This document shows positions 49,858 to 64,000 of a stretch of 64,000 nucleotides of DNA, piece after piece. Under the pieces are notes generated by a model that had not been told where the DNA came from, made no database searches, and was given only the letters and a program-made list of their open reading frames with translations. Position 1 is the stretch's first letter; each line of letters starts with the position of its first letter. Source of the stretch: Ptychomitrium polyphyllum (lineage: Eukaryota); assembly GCA_973851085.1 (NCBI GenBank), contig OZ316775.1, positions 620,001 to 684,000 of the forward strand, written 5' to 3'. Position numbers and translations under genes: made by a program.

Positions 49858-52800
49858 CTTTGTTTTAATTCTAAAGTTTGTAAAGTAATAGCAAATGTTT
49901 CTTTATCCTCCATTCATTTGCAAGATAATTTCAACAAATACGAATTTTGTATTTTGAAGAGCATTTCATAACCAATGAAAGGATGTCTATTTAGTGACTC
50001 TAATTTCGACATGGGATGAATCAGAAACTTTTTCCTCGGCGAAGGGGTTCTTGTAGAAGAACATGCAGTCTTGCAGTCATCTTTAACAAATCCGCATTAC
50101 ACAAGTCCACAATTACGTTGCCAAGGATCCAGTTGGGAACCTGGCTGTGATTAAACATGCAGGTTTGCACTTGGGTATCCAAACAACGCAGTTGTGCGGG
50201 ATTCTGCCGAGATCAGGACAACTCAGTGCAATTCATTCATCCAACATCATGCTTATGTAGTACCACTTTCACCGCAACACAGTCTGACAGAGGTCTGGGC
50301 TCCGCTGACCAGATTCGAAAAACTGAACGGCTCAGCCCTGGTATCTGGTTCCGATCTCACGGCTCAAGCCCGAAGGAGCAAGCAAGCACAAGGTAGCCCT
50401 GCTACTGTGTGCCGTGCTATGGGAGTCTTCAGAGCAGTCATCTGAGTCACCGAACATTCCCAAGAAATGTAACCACAATAATCCACTTGTCTTATGTATA
50501 AACAATGCCTAAATCGTACGTTCTCGATACAAGTTAGAAGCAGAACCTAAAGAGGAAGTTTTTCCCAGTTTTAATTTCTGTTAGCTTCGTCCCACGTCCC
50601 CTGCGCCGGAGTAGGTGCGTTCTGCTGCAGAAAGAGCGAATTCAGAAATTCGAGATTGAATCCATGTTCACAAGAGTGAGCTTCTAAGACAGTAGAAGTA
50701 AGGTTGAGAGCAGTTGCTTACTTCGTTAGCATGCTGTTAGTGGCTAATAGTACTATGCTAAAATCAGGTATAGGTGATTAAATTTGAACAGGAGATTGCA
50801 TTTTCGTCTGTGAGATTGTTCACCTTGAGCAGTAACTGCCGTGTAATTGCTTTTGTTTCCGACCAGCATGCTATGTTGGTCCTCACTTAGGAAATAGATA
50901 TAGGTTTAGGATGTACAAAACAACAAGATGTAAATAGGATAAGTTTGCTAGCGTCTATTTTCGCATTTCTAAATATACTTGCGACCCGTCCAGCACCTGA
51001 AATTTCCTCTAACGCTTTGAAGACATTGTTCTTGGCTAACCAGGAAAAGCTATAAACTGGTGCTGATTTTCCTCGTATTAATACCTTCTGGGCTGAGTTG
51101 ATAGTTTTACTACTCTTGATTTTTACTTAGTATTACCATCCTAGTTTATGAAATACAGATGATTCTATTCCGAGAATCCTGAAGATTTGTTGGATGAAGT
51201 AAACTCCTCTGTTTCTATGATCAACTCACTGCAAAGCTGGAGTTGATATCAGTGAATAGTAGAACTTACATTGGAATTGTCCAATTGGAAGCCTCCGAAA
51301 GCGAAGAGCCATGGAGTGGCACCAGCTGAGGTAATCGGGTCTTACATTCAAAGAAAAACAGGTAATTTTTCTTTGTTTCTGCAGGGGCAATTTAACTAGC
51401 CGGAAATACCTCTCCCATAACCACACGAAAAGTAGGCGAATTCCAGTTGTTCCCTCCATCACGTCCTCATCATCGCATCATCTCCGCCTGCTTCAAGTTG
51501 GCAGCTACTGATTCCAGATCGACTGCCAAGACTAAGTGCCAATTCCAAATTTTCAAATTCTTGAGATCATGGAAACAATTCAGAACACAATATTTAGGAA
51601 AAACTTCTACTTAGGGGCTGTGCATAGCAACGTATCTAAGTCCAAGTAGAACAATCCACGCATGTACAACTCATTTGCTCTGATGTTTTCTGTTGATTTT
51701 GCTACTCCTCAACACAACTCAGTGTTGCTAGTTGGTCTTCACAAAGACAGCATAATTCTCCACTTGTCAGCTGGATTGCTAGTGTACAGGGTGTGGAAAT
51801 TTGCTCACGTACTCAGAGTAAGTGGCCAAAGAATCAGGCTTGTTAAATGCCATGCTCTATCCTTTAGGCCCAGTGCTGGTTGTGTCGGCTTGCTAAGCTT
51901 GTGTGCAATACATTAGAAGAGTACAGATTCATCAGCTCTTATGAGCCACTAGATGTTACGGCAAGGTGCGGGACGTGATCACAAAGTGACACCCCCCGAA
52001 CTCGACGAGAGAATTAGGTCAGCTTATGGTCACCTTTACAATTGAATCCACAATCATTCCAATCCTGAAGCAGATCAAGTGGGCGGGTATCCAAGCGACC
52101 CATGCAATCACAAAAGCTGCCCCATCTAGTGGAGCACCACAGGATGCTCATCGGTATCACTTTTCCCTGTGATCTCCTGGCACTTCCTCTTTCAGGAAGA
52201 TATTAGACTAGGTAGGCAATCCGATCAGCCCAATCAGGGGCTGGTATTGGAGCCTTACTTAACGGGGGGATTTGAGGAAAAATCAAAAGATAATCAATCA
52301 GCTTACCTAGAGCCAGATCACCTCACCGATCCATAAGAATGATATAAGCCCAGTGGCAGGCAGTTGGGTTTCAGCTGAAGTCCACCTGCCTTAGCTTGGA
52401 TTAGGCCTCCATTGGACGGTTCAATCTGATCGGCATAATCAGACGGAGATAATTTAGCTGCACAATCACTGAAGGATCGTTCGTTATGCATACCGCTTTT
52501 TACTCCTAATTTTTTTACCTGGAAGCAAACTTCGCACAAGTCTAAATATAGCTTATCCATAAGTTCCAATGCTCTGGGAATAGTGCATTCTCTGCCTAAT
52601 TTTGGAGTTCATTCCATAATTTTGGTAGGAACAAGGAGGGAAGCTTGTCAGTGGTCTTTAGCTTGTGTGACTTTGTCAATGGATGACGTGCAAACTGACC
52701 ATTATTGTACAAGGAAGATTTTCAATAAAAAAAAACAAGTGAGGTGGATTTTGTAACCCATGTTGTATGATCATTTACATTTTCAAGGCTTATCTACTCT

Positions 52801-55800
52801 TATTTAGAATGTAGAAACTAAATCATTAAAGAATATATGGTGGGAAATCATCTCTAAACACAATATTTGTGAAAACATCACACGACATATGAAAATGCCA
52901 TAAATGATGTTTCCCCAAATAATAATAAGGTTGATATGAAAAGCATTCTTTATTGAAAGATCTTAGAACATATTGATAATTTTTTTATTGAAAATAAGAA
53001 ATAAATGTCACATACAACTATGGCGTTTTCATGAATATAATGTTTCTATTGGAATTGTGCTAACTAATGCAAATTTAGAGGAAAGTTACAAAAAGACCTT
53101 ATTGTTATGTAACTTAACTATTTTTTAGAACCATCCTCCATTTTTTGCATCCTCCAAATTTCACTGTTACTGCAATAATTGAATTTTGTATTTAAATTGT
53201 TTCTTATGCAGGGATCCATCACTAGGTATGTAATAGGGCACATGTAATGGTGTTGTCATATTGTACTTTGGAAGGTCCATTGAGCATGTAATGAGAGGTA
53301 GTCAATGGAACACTGCTATGTTATATTGTCCTTAAAAGCACCAGCTTCAGAGATTACACCTATTCTCAGTAGCACTATATTTGGAAAATTTATAGAGCAA
53401 TAGGAAAGATAATTTTATGATAAATATAAATTTTTGACATTTATTTTTGGTCTGCACTTACTTTAAGTAAAAAGTACTTAAGGATTCGAAAGTGTGATAT
53501 GTATTACTAATTTCCACTCATAACAATATCCTCAATCACCACCTACTTTTTGACATGTCATTGATTGATTTGTTTAGAAAGTTGTGGCTTGTAAATCATA
53601 TTTTGGATCTTAAAATTAGTATTTAGGAAAAATCTACAATGTCTTTACAAGAAGTTGGTGCTCCTAGGATAACATACCATAATTAAAATTTCCTTATAAC
53701 TTCTTCACTGCACTTATGTTTCCAACTTTGAGTAGAACAATATGAAAAGAACCATAGACTAATATTTATTTTGCAAAATATGTTCTTGCAACTGTTGTTT
53801 ATATCAATGAAAGTAGAATTGTTTGAGTCTTTGATAGAAAATTTGTTACTTAACTTATTTATTGTATAGTATATTTTACAAAATATCTATTGTATATGTT
53901 GTTGTCACAAACACAATAGACACTATCAATTTTGAATGACATTATAGGCTAAAAATGACTTAAATCAAAAACTATAAAGTGTATTGGAGAAGTAATTGAA
54001 TGTCATTAATGGTTTAACAAGATGTTACGCCAAAGTTGTGCATTTATACAATATTAGAATTTCTAGTTAAATATTACCTTTCATTTATTGGTTCTAAAAT
54101 TGACACTAATTATAATCATCATATAGAAAAGTATGCTTTAAATTTTTATTTTGTTCATCCTTTAAGGCAAGTGATTGGTCTTGACAATTTATTTTTTGTT
54201 CTTGACGTCAATACAACTAGTTTCGGATTATTTTGTAGAGAATCCAAGTTTGAAAAATGATATCCAATTTTCAAATTTAGATTTTTTTTGGTTCTTACTC
54301 AAAGTGATTTAAAAATGTGCTTCTAATGGTGGTATTTTCAAAAACTAGTTTTCATGTGAATAAATATATTCTTTTGTATTTAGGTATCTAGTGTTTTTAT
54401 ATGGTGAAGAAACAAGTTCATTTTAATTTCATTTTAAGAAGCAACACAGAAAAGAAAAAAAAAGAAAAAAAAGATGAAAAGGAAAGAAATTATGAAAGTT
54501 ATATCTTCAATGTTAATTTAAAAACAAGTGAGTTTTACTTTGTTTGCAAACATCATAATACCATTGCTAAGAGTGATGAGTCACACCAGACTAAGAAAGA
54601 ATTTTGAGTTTTTGTTCTAAAAGTAAAATTTATGAATGACAAGTGTGAATTCCATAACAAGATTAGACTTCTTGTAACATGCATGACCTGGTCCAACACT
54701 ACAATAAGAGGGTTTTAAACCCAACATTTTCCTACATACAATGTTTAGCAAAATTTAGAACTCATTGAAAAAGTGGTTGTTCATCATGATGTTAAGGCAT
54801 CCAGTTAAAGATAAATTAATAAGTGCACTCATTCATCAAATATGACATGTTTTCTGTCACTGTAGTCAGCATCACAGGACCAGCTCAGTCGTGTATTCCT
54901 AAACGTGCCAGGCTGCTGTATCTTTGACATATAGCACAATACTTTCTGCACTACCCCCAGTTGAAGCAACTCAAGTGGCACATCCTTCAACAATAAACTT
55001 ATTTCATGTCCAACCAACTCAAGCAGAGACTGGAAACATAGGAGGATGTAATGGAGAACCACCTAATTTTGCCCTCGACTCCATTGCTCTGCTAAAATAG
55101 GTTGAAATCCAAAAATCATAGTGACCTGAATCACAGTGAACGACCTTCAACGTACTATTTCAAGAAGGTATTAGTTTTTTTTCCCTTGACAAGAAGAAGT
55201 CAGTCAACGTAAGGTCTATTGATAAACTTCTACGTCACTTGTAAAATTGTACACTGCTACTCACAAATCTATATTTTTGCTTTTTCTTTGCTTTTTCACA
55301 TGGCTCAAATTGAAATTGATGAGATGATATTAGATTCTAAGAAATGATTCATGTTGTAGTTATATTTTGGTTTTGAAGAAGTTTGTAGATTGGTTTTGAG
55401 TTTGTTTTGGATTTTGGATTGTTCTGGATTAAATTGTATATTAACAATGTCTAATCATATTGAACACATGAACATTCAAACTTATTTGGTATAAAATATT
55501 AGGAAGGATTGTAAAGAATTTATAGTAATTTTATAAAATATACTCAAAAATTATAAATATTCACTAAGTATGTCAAATATGTCAAATATGATGAAGAACA
55601 TCATGTGGATGATAGTCAATCATGCTATTAAAATTAATAAACAATACTATTCTATAATCTATAAACAATATTTATCTATTTAAGGAATTTCTAATATATT
55701 TAAATTAGAGTATAATTTAGACTTTATAAACTTTACAATATTTTTTTAAAAAAATCTTTAAAAAATTTCATGACTCAAATTTAGTATCAATAAAAGATCC

Positions 55801-56472
55801 AAAAATGCCAAAATAAATCACATAATCATTTAAGTGTTTTTATTATTATGTTTGTATTAAAGATCTTTTATAAAGCCTTAAAATAGCCTTAAATTTTGAA
55901 ATTTACTTAAACATGTAGAAAAACATAATGGAATAATTGAAAACCGATTTTTAATGTGTAGATTTAAAATTCAATGTTATTAAAATACCTTATTAGTATT
56001 AACCTATTGATTAAAATGAATTTATCTAATATCTATGTGGCATTAGTTAAACAATGATATTTTCATCCATTTGTATATGTTTCATCATTCTTGATGATTA
56101 AAAGAAATAAAGTAAGGAAAATGAATATGTATAGAAAAGAAAGATGAATGATAAATGTGTGAACAGAAATTCAATTGAATAACTATACTTCAATTGAACC
56201 TGGAATTGATAAAATTGTAGAACATTTCAAAACTCCAAAAACTGGTACAAATGAGAATGTCAGCTTGCAGTGAAAAGCTTCCAAGTGTCAACTATAGTCT
56301 ATAAATGAAAACGATGCCTTACAACACACTAATTCCTGAGGAGACGTCCCAGCTTGTGAACAGGCAACTTGTGCAGGCACAGGCTCAAACAGATAGAATC
56401 GACGGGAACTCGAACACACACTCAAGTCACGGGTCGCAACGAATCATACCCCGCCTCGTGGACCGTCCTCTA

Positions 56473-56493
56473 CACGTGGCAAGCTAGCACGTC
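56473..56493 (+). promoter_or_regulatory. G-box/ABRE (CACGTGGC) plus a second ACGT core upstream of TPT
   Basis: CACGTGGC at 56473-56480 and CACGTC at 56488-56493, about 800 bp upstream of the ATG in a CpG-rich region. Function untested. Confidence 0.4.
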
Positions 56494-57271
56494 GCAGCGG
56501 AGATCAGGCATCCTCGTCGCCCACCCCGAACCCCGCGGTAAGGAACTCCAGTGTCCAAAAACCGTCGATGCACCTGTAACCGGCTGCTTCCCACCATTAT
56601 TTCGTGAAGTGGACGATATTCATAGGCGATTTGGCTGGATTTAGGGTGCGGCGACGGTTTTGTGTACCGACCTACCACAGTGCGGGGTTTCGGGCCGACG
56701 AAGACGATGCCTAATCTTTGAGGTGCGAAGAGCCAGCTTGCTGGACGCACAGAACGCTCACCTAAATCCATCACCACTCCCAAAACCCTCACATCACCAG
56801 AATCCGTCTTACTCCCAAAGCCGTGAACGCATCCATAAATGCTATTCCAAAGCCGAAACTCTCTACCTCGACCCGATATTCTCGTTTTTGAAGTCTATGG
56901 AGGACATCGATAACGCTAGTCTTACGGGTTATAGCGGATTTGGATATAATCCCGTCGATAATGTCGGTTTTGGGGTACCACCGGGTGCCGAAAGAGCGGG
57001 CCGGGCCGGCTGGGCGTTGGAAGGGGCCCGGAGGAGTCGCGGGCTGCGTCCGTGCCCGCGGGGGCGACGCGGGGAGAGGGGGCAGGCGAGCGCGCGCGAG
57101 GGTAAGGGCGGGGCAGGGCAGTGCAGAAGATGCCGTGGGCTTCGTGTGGAGAAGGCCATCTCGAGGGCAGTCGCATCCTCGCAGCGCTCGACGTGGATTG
57201 CGCTTTGGATTTCCAGACCAGGCGGGCCAGTGATCACCGCGACCACCACCGCGACTCCGCGACCTCGCGCC

Positions 57272-60200
57272 ATGGCTGCAGCGTTGGCGGGCTCCTCGCT
57301 CGCGCTCGGCACCTTTGCGAGCTCCACGCGCGCTTCGGGGGTTCAGGGATGGCGAGCAGCGCCCAGCCAGATTACTGCGCGCTTGCCTGCGCTGCGATCG
57401 TCGTTTCTTGCCAAGCCCGTCGTCGCCCGCAACGCCGAGCTCAACCCCTTGCTGGGCGTAGCTAGCTTGAAGGCTGTGAGAAGCGTCAATGTGGGGCGGA
57501 GGAATGTCGCCTCTCCAGTGTGTATGGCGAGCGCGTCCGAGTCCGCCGGCGAGGACGCTTCAGAGTGAGTTGGTGTTCGGGGATTCTTGATCGGTAAAGC
57601 GAAGGTTTTGAGTGGTGGGTGTGTTCCGTTGGTGTGGTTTTTGGTTGTGTGGTGGCGTGGGGTCTTTCTTGGGGAAGATCTAGGAGGCGGGCGATGCAAA
57701 TAATGTCAGCGATTCGACATATGCGGTTTTTCCACATTGTGTGTCGCTAGGATGGTTCGGATTTCTTCGCTTTGAGGTGTCGTTCTGTCTTTTGCTCTGA
57801 TCTGCCCTAGAGGTTGAGTGGACTTGATATCGTAAGTAGAGGTGATGATCGACAGCGTGAGTAGATTGGGAACTACTCCAGGCAATGGTTGACTTTGGTG
57901 TAGAATTCTGTGTTCCTTGTTGTTCGGGGAGTTGGTTGAGTGACGCGATGGGGCGGCCATTGATCTTGTGGCGAAAATCATCGTTTTTGGAACTTGGGCA
58001 GTTTGATCTGGGTGCTTCTTGGTATAACTTGACTTGGGGGATGTATCATACTTCACATTCTTGGTGTTTTTAGTCGCCTTCGTTCTGGCTTTCGACGATT
58101 ATGATTTAATTCCTTCCAATGGTTATGGTCAAGAGTGAACCTCTTAACTGAATGTAATCATAATTTGGATGGGAGGTATGTGGAGATAAGGACCAGACAC
58201 AACCACTTAACGCTTTCGCAGTAACCACTGAACCAACCGATCATGCTGGTCCTGGGTCTGCTTCTGGCCTGCACGTGTGCCAAATTAAGTTACTTTAGAG
58301 AGAGTCGTTCCAGTTGCCTTTGCATTTGATTTTACTGTCAGGTGTGGCTTATGTTTACGCTGTACTTCTATTTTGATTTTATGGGGTTATGGACTAGGTT
58401 TCTGGGTTTTCTTGTCATTATTTAGCCAGAGAGGATAATCTTTTATTGACATTTATAGGGGTTGTCATATCACGTGACTTTAGGAGCTATCTCAGACTTA
58501 AATCTAATTGTTATGCGAGTGGTTTTATATCCTTTTTCTTCAGAATGTCTGCTGTTTATAACTTGATGTCGTGCTGGAATTACAGAGCTGCGATCGAGAA
58601 GAAGGAAGAGGCCAAGGGATTTATTGCCAAGAACCCCGCATTAGTTACTGGATTCTTCTTTTTCGCCTGGTGAATTCTCTACTTTCCTCTGATTTTTGAG
58701 AAGATAACCTTGTCTACGATAAGTAAATGGTATTTGCTGTCAATGACATTGTCACCTTTTTATCTCCATACGCTCTGCTTTAATCATGATGATAGTTTCG
58801 TGGAGTTTCAATTTACTGTTTTGAAAGCACTCGATTAGGGCATACATAATTTCATAAGTTTTCGTGGATGTTTCACCTGATACTCTCTTTCTGTCTCAGG
58901 TATTTCTTGAATGTCATCTTCAACATCATGAACAAGAAGATTTACAATTACTTTCCATACCCCTAGTGAGTCCTCTTTTGTGCTATTACAGTTTGAAGCA
59001 AGTGTCCCTTTTGAGGATTCCGATAGAATGTGTTTTATTGATTTTGAATTCCAAGTCTTGATCCTAAAGGTATTCAATCAATTGTTTCTCATTTTCTTTC
59101 CCATTACATTGTACGCAGTTTCGTGTCTGCGGTTCACTTGGCAGTTGGTGTCATCTATTGTCTCATCTCTTGGATGCTCGGGTATCCCAAGAGAGCGGTA
59201 AGCTCCAGAACCCTGAAGCTAATATCAACGAATATTTTGTTGTTAAGAAGTTGAAATTGAAAATTTTATTGATGGGCTAAAACTTTCATTTCAGGTTGAT
59301 CACAGCTAAGACAATGACTGTTCTGTCTGATGTTGCCTTGAAACAGCGTTCTGATACTCAGCGATCCTGAGAATGCTTGTAAAAATGTAGGTCATTGTTT
59401 GAATAGCGAATTGTGAATATTGTAATAATATATTGTGAACATTGTAATCATAAATTGTGAATATTGTATTTTCTTTTGCAGCCTATTGATGGACAGCTTT
59501 TCAAGATGTTGATTCCCGTTTCAATCTGCCATGCATTGGGCCATGTGATGACCAATGTGTCATTTGCCGCAGTTGCCGTTTCGTTCACCCACACCATTAA
59601 GGGTAATCACTCAGAAGGAACTTTTAGCGTTTAGTTTATAGTCCTGGCCGTGGTCATCGTAAGATTTGGTCACCGTGTTTGAAGCTCGATTGTTTAGATC
59701 GTATTTAAAGTCGTAACTTGTTCTTTTAGTAGACTGCTGTCTATTTTGATTATAAACGGAGTCTTTTTTACAGCCGCCTGAGCTTAGTCAAATACGATAA
59801 GCTGCAGTTTTGGTGCGGAGTCAGTAAGAGAAGTGCGTTTAATTGTTGAGGTCGTCTCTTTTACACTGATACGCCAATGTGTTGACAGCTTTGGAGCCTT
59901 TCTTCAGTGCTGCTGCGTCCCAGTTTATTCTTGGACAACAAATTCCTCTTGCTCTGTGGGCGTCCCTGACACCTATTGTTCTTGGTATGATGCTTTTCTT
60001 CATTTTTTTCTCTGTCAAACGATACTCATTACTGCATCTGGTCAGACAACAGAAACTATCGCATGTTTTCATTGTAATGACATTCTGCACCTTTACACTC
60101 TTTTCCAGGTGTGTCCATGGCATCCATGACTGAACTCTCCTTCAACTGGAAGGGTTTCATTAGTGCCATGATTGCAAACGTTGGGTTCACTTACAGGAAC

Positions 60201-61510
60201 ATCTATTCAAAGAAGGCCATGGTATGTTGTAAATTCTTATGGTTGTAAATTATTCTTGGTTGTGTTGGTCAATTTGTTTATTTACTGAGGTAACCTCCCA
60301 ATAATTTCACGAAATTCGATTGGGTGTTCCTAAACCGTGTGAAATCAGCCTAGTAGAGTTGTAGGAGTCTGATTAGTTTGAAAAGATAACTTTCTCTACT
60401 TTTCGTTTTGGAAGCATGATATTTTGGTTGCATTTGCTGAACGTTTCCGTTCATGTTCGCTCCTAAAATGGTTTTTAATTGTGTTTTGTGTGCTGGTGTG
60501 TTTCCCAGACTGGAATGGACAGCACCAACTTGTACGCTTACATCTCCATCATGTCGTTGGCTATTTGCATTCCCCCTGCAATCATTGTGAGCTCATAAAC
60601 CTATAGTTGAGCTCTACATAGATGTTTACTCCACCTCTTTTCTTTACTGGTCTACGAAGCAATCACGTGCACAGTTTTATTATTTTTCCACTCCTTTTCG
60701 TCTTGACCTTGGGTTGAAGAGTATCTTGACACATGATGGTTTGCACTTATTGCTTTCATCGACTTTTGTTTGCATTACAGTATTTTGTCTTTCAGAGGTT
60801 GACCTCATTTCAATACTTGCGATCGTGCAGATTGAAGGCCCTGCACTAGTGAACGGCGGTTTCAATGCTGCTATTGCCAAGGTTGGCATGCAGAAGTTTT
60901 TGTCTGACCTGTTTTGGGTTGGTATGTTCTATCATCTCTACAATCAGGTATGGCCCTGACGACATCCCCTTACAAGTTACAGTATATTTTAAATTTCTGC
61001 TCGGAGATACAGTACACATATTCTACTGGTCATGCACTAAATGTTTATACCTGCTTCACTGTCGGAGCAACCGAAGTAGAACATTGTATTTCTCAAATGT
61101 GTTTTGTGATTTTTATTAGTGTGTTTTTGATGATTAATCCGGTCTTGGCATCCTCCAGCTTGCTAACAACACCCTAGAAAGAGTTGCACCTCTTACCCAC
61201 GCTGTCGGAAACGTCTTGAAGCGAGTGTTTGTTATCGGCTTCTCTATTGTCGTTTTCGGTAAGTTTATCTGCAATTTCCAGTTTTAATTCTCAAAATGTC
61301 ATAACCTTCCTACTGGTCCTGTATTCACATCCTGAAGAACCTGAGTATGCCTGCTGATGACAAGGTTTCTAATGATAATTTCGACGTTATGCAGGCAACA
61401 AGATTTCAACCCAGACTGGTATCGGAACAGCTGTTGCTATTGGAGGAGTGGCTTTGTACTCCCTTATCAAAGCGAGGATGGAGGAGCAGAAGAGGGCGAA
61501 GACTGCCTAA
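57272..61510 (+). CDS. TPT: Plastid triose phosphate/phosphate translocator, 420 aa
   Basis: 11 GT-AG exons: 57272-57564, 58586-58669, 58900-58965, 59119-59197, 59482-59602, 59889-59984, 60109-60221, 60509-60586, 60831-60947, 61159-61258, 61395-61510 (1263 nt). Transit peptide; [77 protein letters not shown]. Confidence 0.96.
59410..59468. repeat. 22-bp tandem repeat (~2.7 copies) in TPT intron 4
   Basis: ATTGTGAAYATTGTAATMATAW repeated just upstream of the acceptor site. Confidence 0.85.
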
Positions 61511-64000
61511 ATTTGTTTGACTGAATGTTACCATGGACGTTCGCAGTAGGTCCGTCAATTTCTTTTGGAAGGACTGATTGTAGTCTCGGATGCAATTACA
61601 AGCTCTGTAAGAAGTGCACTTTTGTCAACTGTATAATGTAATGGGATGAATCCAACGATCCCCTTTTACGCGTATGCAGAATGTCAGCTCTCACGTGTAG
61701 GCTCCTTTCCTTTAGGCGAATAATCTTTTTTGCTTTTACTGTGACGAAATACACAATTTCCCAACGATTCCTGTCTACTAACTCTTCAGTTCCGACTACG
61801 TCGTCATGCTTATGGTTGTGCTGTTCAGTTTCAAAGTATTAAAGAATCAAACAGCACCAAGGTGGTGGTACTTCAATTCTTTTTTTTGGGTTCGGTTTAC
61901 ATACGTTGCATTGTACGTCACAATGGACTTCTTAAACCTGAAGTAAGCAAAGTGTAGATTACCGTCTTGCACGTTGACTGCTGTCCTGTTCAGACCCCAA
62001 TAAGAAGCATGAAAACCCGCACATTCCAGCGTTCTCAAACTCTTCTTACATGTTATATTTTGCATACAACACCACTTGTGCATATAACGACAATTTCGTG
62101 CAGAATAGTCGGATGTAAGACAGCAACCTCTTTATTGATGAGACGACATAATACTGTCTTTAAAATCGAGGGTGGTATCAACCTTTAAGAAATCAAACTA
62201 ATCCTCATAAGCTCCTCATAAACTCTGAACCCGAAGGTTGAGCACCACATTCAGCTTCTGAGCTAGGATCGTTTCTTGACACCAATGCAGCAGCTCGCTT
62301 CGACTTCTAGCTGGTCATTTGATGCGGCGATCCGTATGGATTCGCGACGAGTTATGGCTTCTCGTGGCTATGGGAAACAGAATGAGTGGTGACTATTTTC
62401 TTGACTGCCTGAACATCAGTTAGAGAAGAATTGTGCTCTTGTCGCGGAGAATGCTGCCATCTTCGTCGAAGCCTATGAAGTGGAAGTAAGAGTTCGCCAC
62501 CATTACTTCTCAAAGTTTGAGGTCATTGTCAGTGGTGACTTGCTTCCATCCTTGCCGCCATTGTAGGTACTCACATCTCCAAATCAAACCTTCTATGTTC
62601 TACCCTCATTCTCCAATGTGACCACCCTCTCGAGTCTCTCTGAAGTGCTCCTTCACGAAAGGTAACGGCACTACCTGATGACCCTATCCCAATCCAACCG
62701 AGAAATCTCTTATGCCTTATCCTACAAGCTCTTGTATGGTTACAAAATTTTCAGACTGCGATTTTGTGAAGTGCTAAATATGTATCATATTAATCTACTG
62801 CTTACTAAGCGGCATTTACGCTATGAAGGCCAGGGCGACCGTTTGCAGCGCCACTGTTGACGATTTTAACAAAGTGTGGCTGTTCAGAGCAGTTATGTTT
62901 GACCCAGTTATGTAGCACTGAGACAGAGTCTAAATCACACTATGTAGCTGATGCAAAATAATTTTGTGAACAACAATACCGGCTCAGCAGATTTCTCACA
63001 GAATCCTATCCGAATCCTCTGGGATTACTACATTATTTATGAATAATCGGCCGCCGCCAAGTTTTCATTAGATTGTAGATGGTCCTGCAAGTTCTTAATG
63101 TGATCAAAGTGTGATGGCCATGATGGCATAATGTGTAGTTGCAGCCCTAAATTAAATTTATTGATAATGACCAGGATGTCTCTTCTGATGTTATAAGCGA
63201 CAATTACCTAGATGGTCCAAAGTTACGAGATGCGTCATTCCAGCTGATCAATGGTAGTGCTGTGTGAAACCAGCAATCAAGTACATGGGAGGCTGTGAAA
63301 TTTGGATGCTGACAGGAGTGGAAATCAGAATAAAACCTCTTACTGTGGTTAGCCAGTCATCTAGTCGAAAGCATTACGCATAACCAAATTGCGGTCCATG
63401 TTGCGTCTTCAGGGTACGATGAACATATTCAAGAGATTTGTCACGTAAATGGAACGCCTACTGCCTAGGCTTCTCTCTAACCAAATACAACCATTGCTAC
63501 CAGTGACATAATTAAGTTGTCAGCCTCATAATGCTAAACAGAGATCGAAATGGATGATTTCGAAGGTTGACACTGCACAGCAGTAACAACTATTAAGCGC
63601 GAACATCAAGGTCGTCAACATCAGCACCAGTAATTTTTTCGGTCACGACGATGATTCTCAAGCTTAGGAAATTATGATATGATGCTGGCAGGTTAGTGCA
63701 ACAGAGCGAATTACAACGGAGATTGGGCAGTCAGATGAACGAAACTAACATGTAATCCTAACCGTTTGGTCATTAGTATTGAAGGATCATATGTACCTCA
63801 AATTCGTGGTTACCACACTCCTTATACATGGATTCACATAATTCGCGAAGTAGCTGAAGACATCTGACACCCTAGGGATTAATCTTTCGATCAGTAGGTA
63901 GCTGAAGATAAGCGAGAACCGTTGAACAGAGAAAACGTTTCAGTCTGTAGCAGATGTTAGGGAGATAAGAGAGTAACCTGTTGAGTTGAATCAGATATTC

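Noticed and set aside
49715..50062. Diverged direct repeat GGATGAATCAGA..CTTTTTCCT (about 49739 and 50014)
   Set aside because: Short and degenerate, with no element boundaries identifiable.
51888..51910. miR536-like sequence
   Set aside because: Several mismatches to the recalled mature sequence and no complementary arm seen nearby.
54829..55130. Exon-like minus-strand ORF (LLELVGHEISLLLKDVPLELLQLG)
   Set aside because: No recognisable family or partner exons, so it cannot be supported.
56660..57271. In-frame upstream extension of TPT (302-aa track ORF)
   Set aside because: It is GC-rich promoter/5' UTR sequence that lacks stops by composition. A typical transit peptide starts at ATG 57272.
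37502..61510. Functional cluster of plastid/carbon genes (ELIP, CLPR3, PGD, TPT)
   Set aside because: Common housekeeping classes with no shared pathway or repeated regulatory motif. Adjacency is probably chance.
61900..64000. Possible gene at the right edge
   Set aside because: Genic composition, but no consistent ORF or exon chain could be assembled.

Overview
Eukaryotic, intron-containing land-plant DNA, most likely a moss (inferred from gene style and retroelement type). The window has two compartments. (1) About 2.4-29.0 kb is an AT-rich, CpG-depleted block. It holds a decayed Ty3/Gypsy pol whose integrase ends in a PHD finger, four solo LTRs (three from one family carrying heat-shock-element-like arrays), and up to seven long, intronless, basic, unrecognisable reading frames interrupted mainly by TGA/TAG stops, the pattern expected from methyl-C deamination. 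I read these as a candidate silenced foreign (possibly viral) gene island. (2) About 29-61.5 kb is gene-rich: a secreted fungal-type FAD-linked (BBE-like) oxidase starting 12 bp from the largest decayed ORF, an ankyrin-repeat Raf-like kinase ending in a CaaX box, an ELIP, ClpR3, 6-phosphogluconate dehydrogenase and a plastid triose-phosphate/phosphate translocator. All translations, exon boundaries and counts were done by hand and no database search was run.
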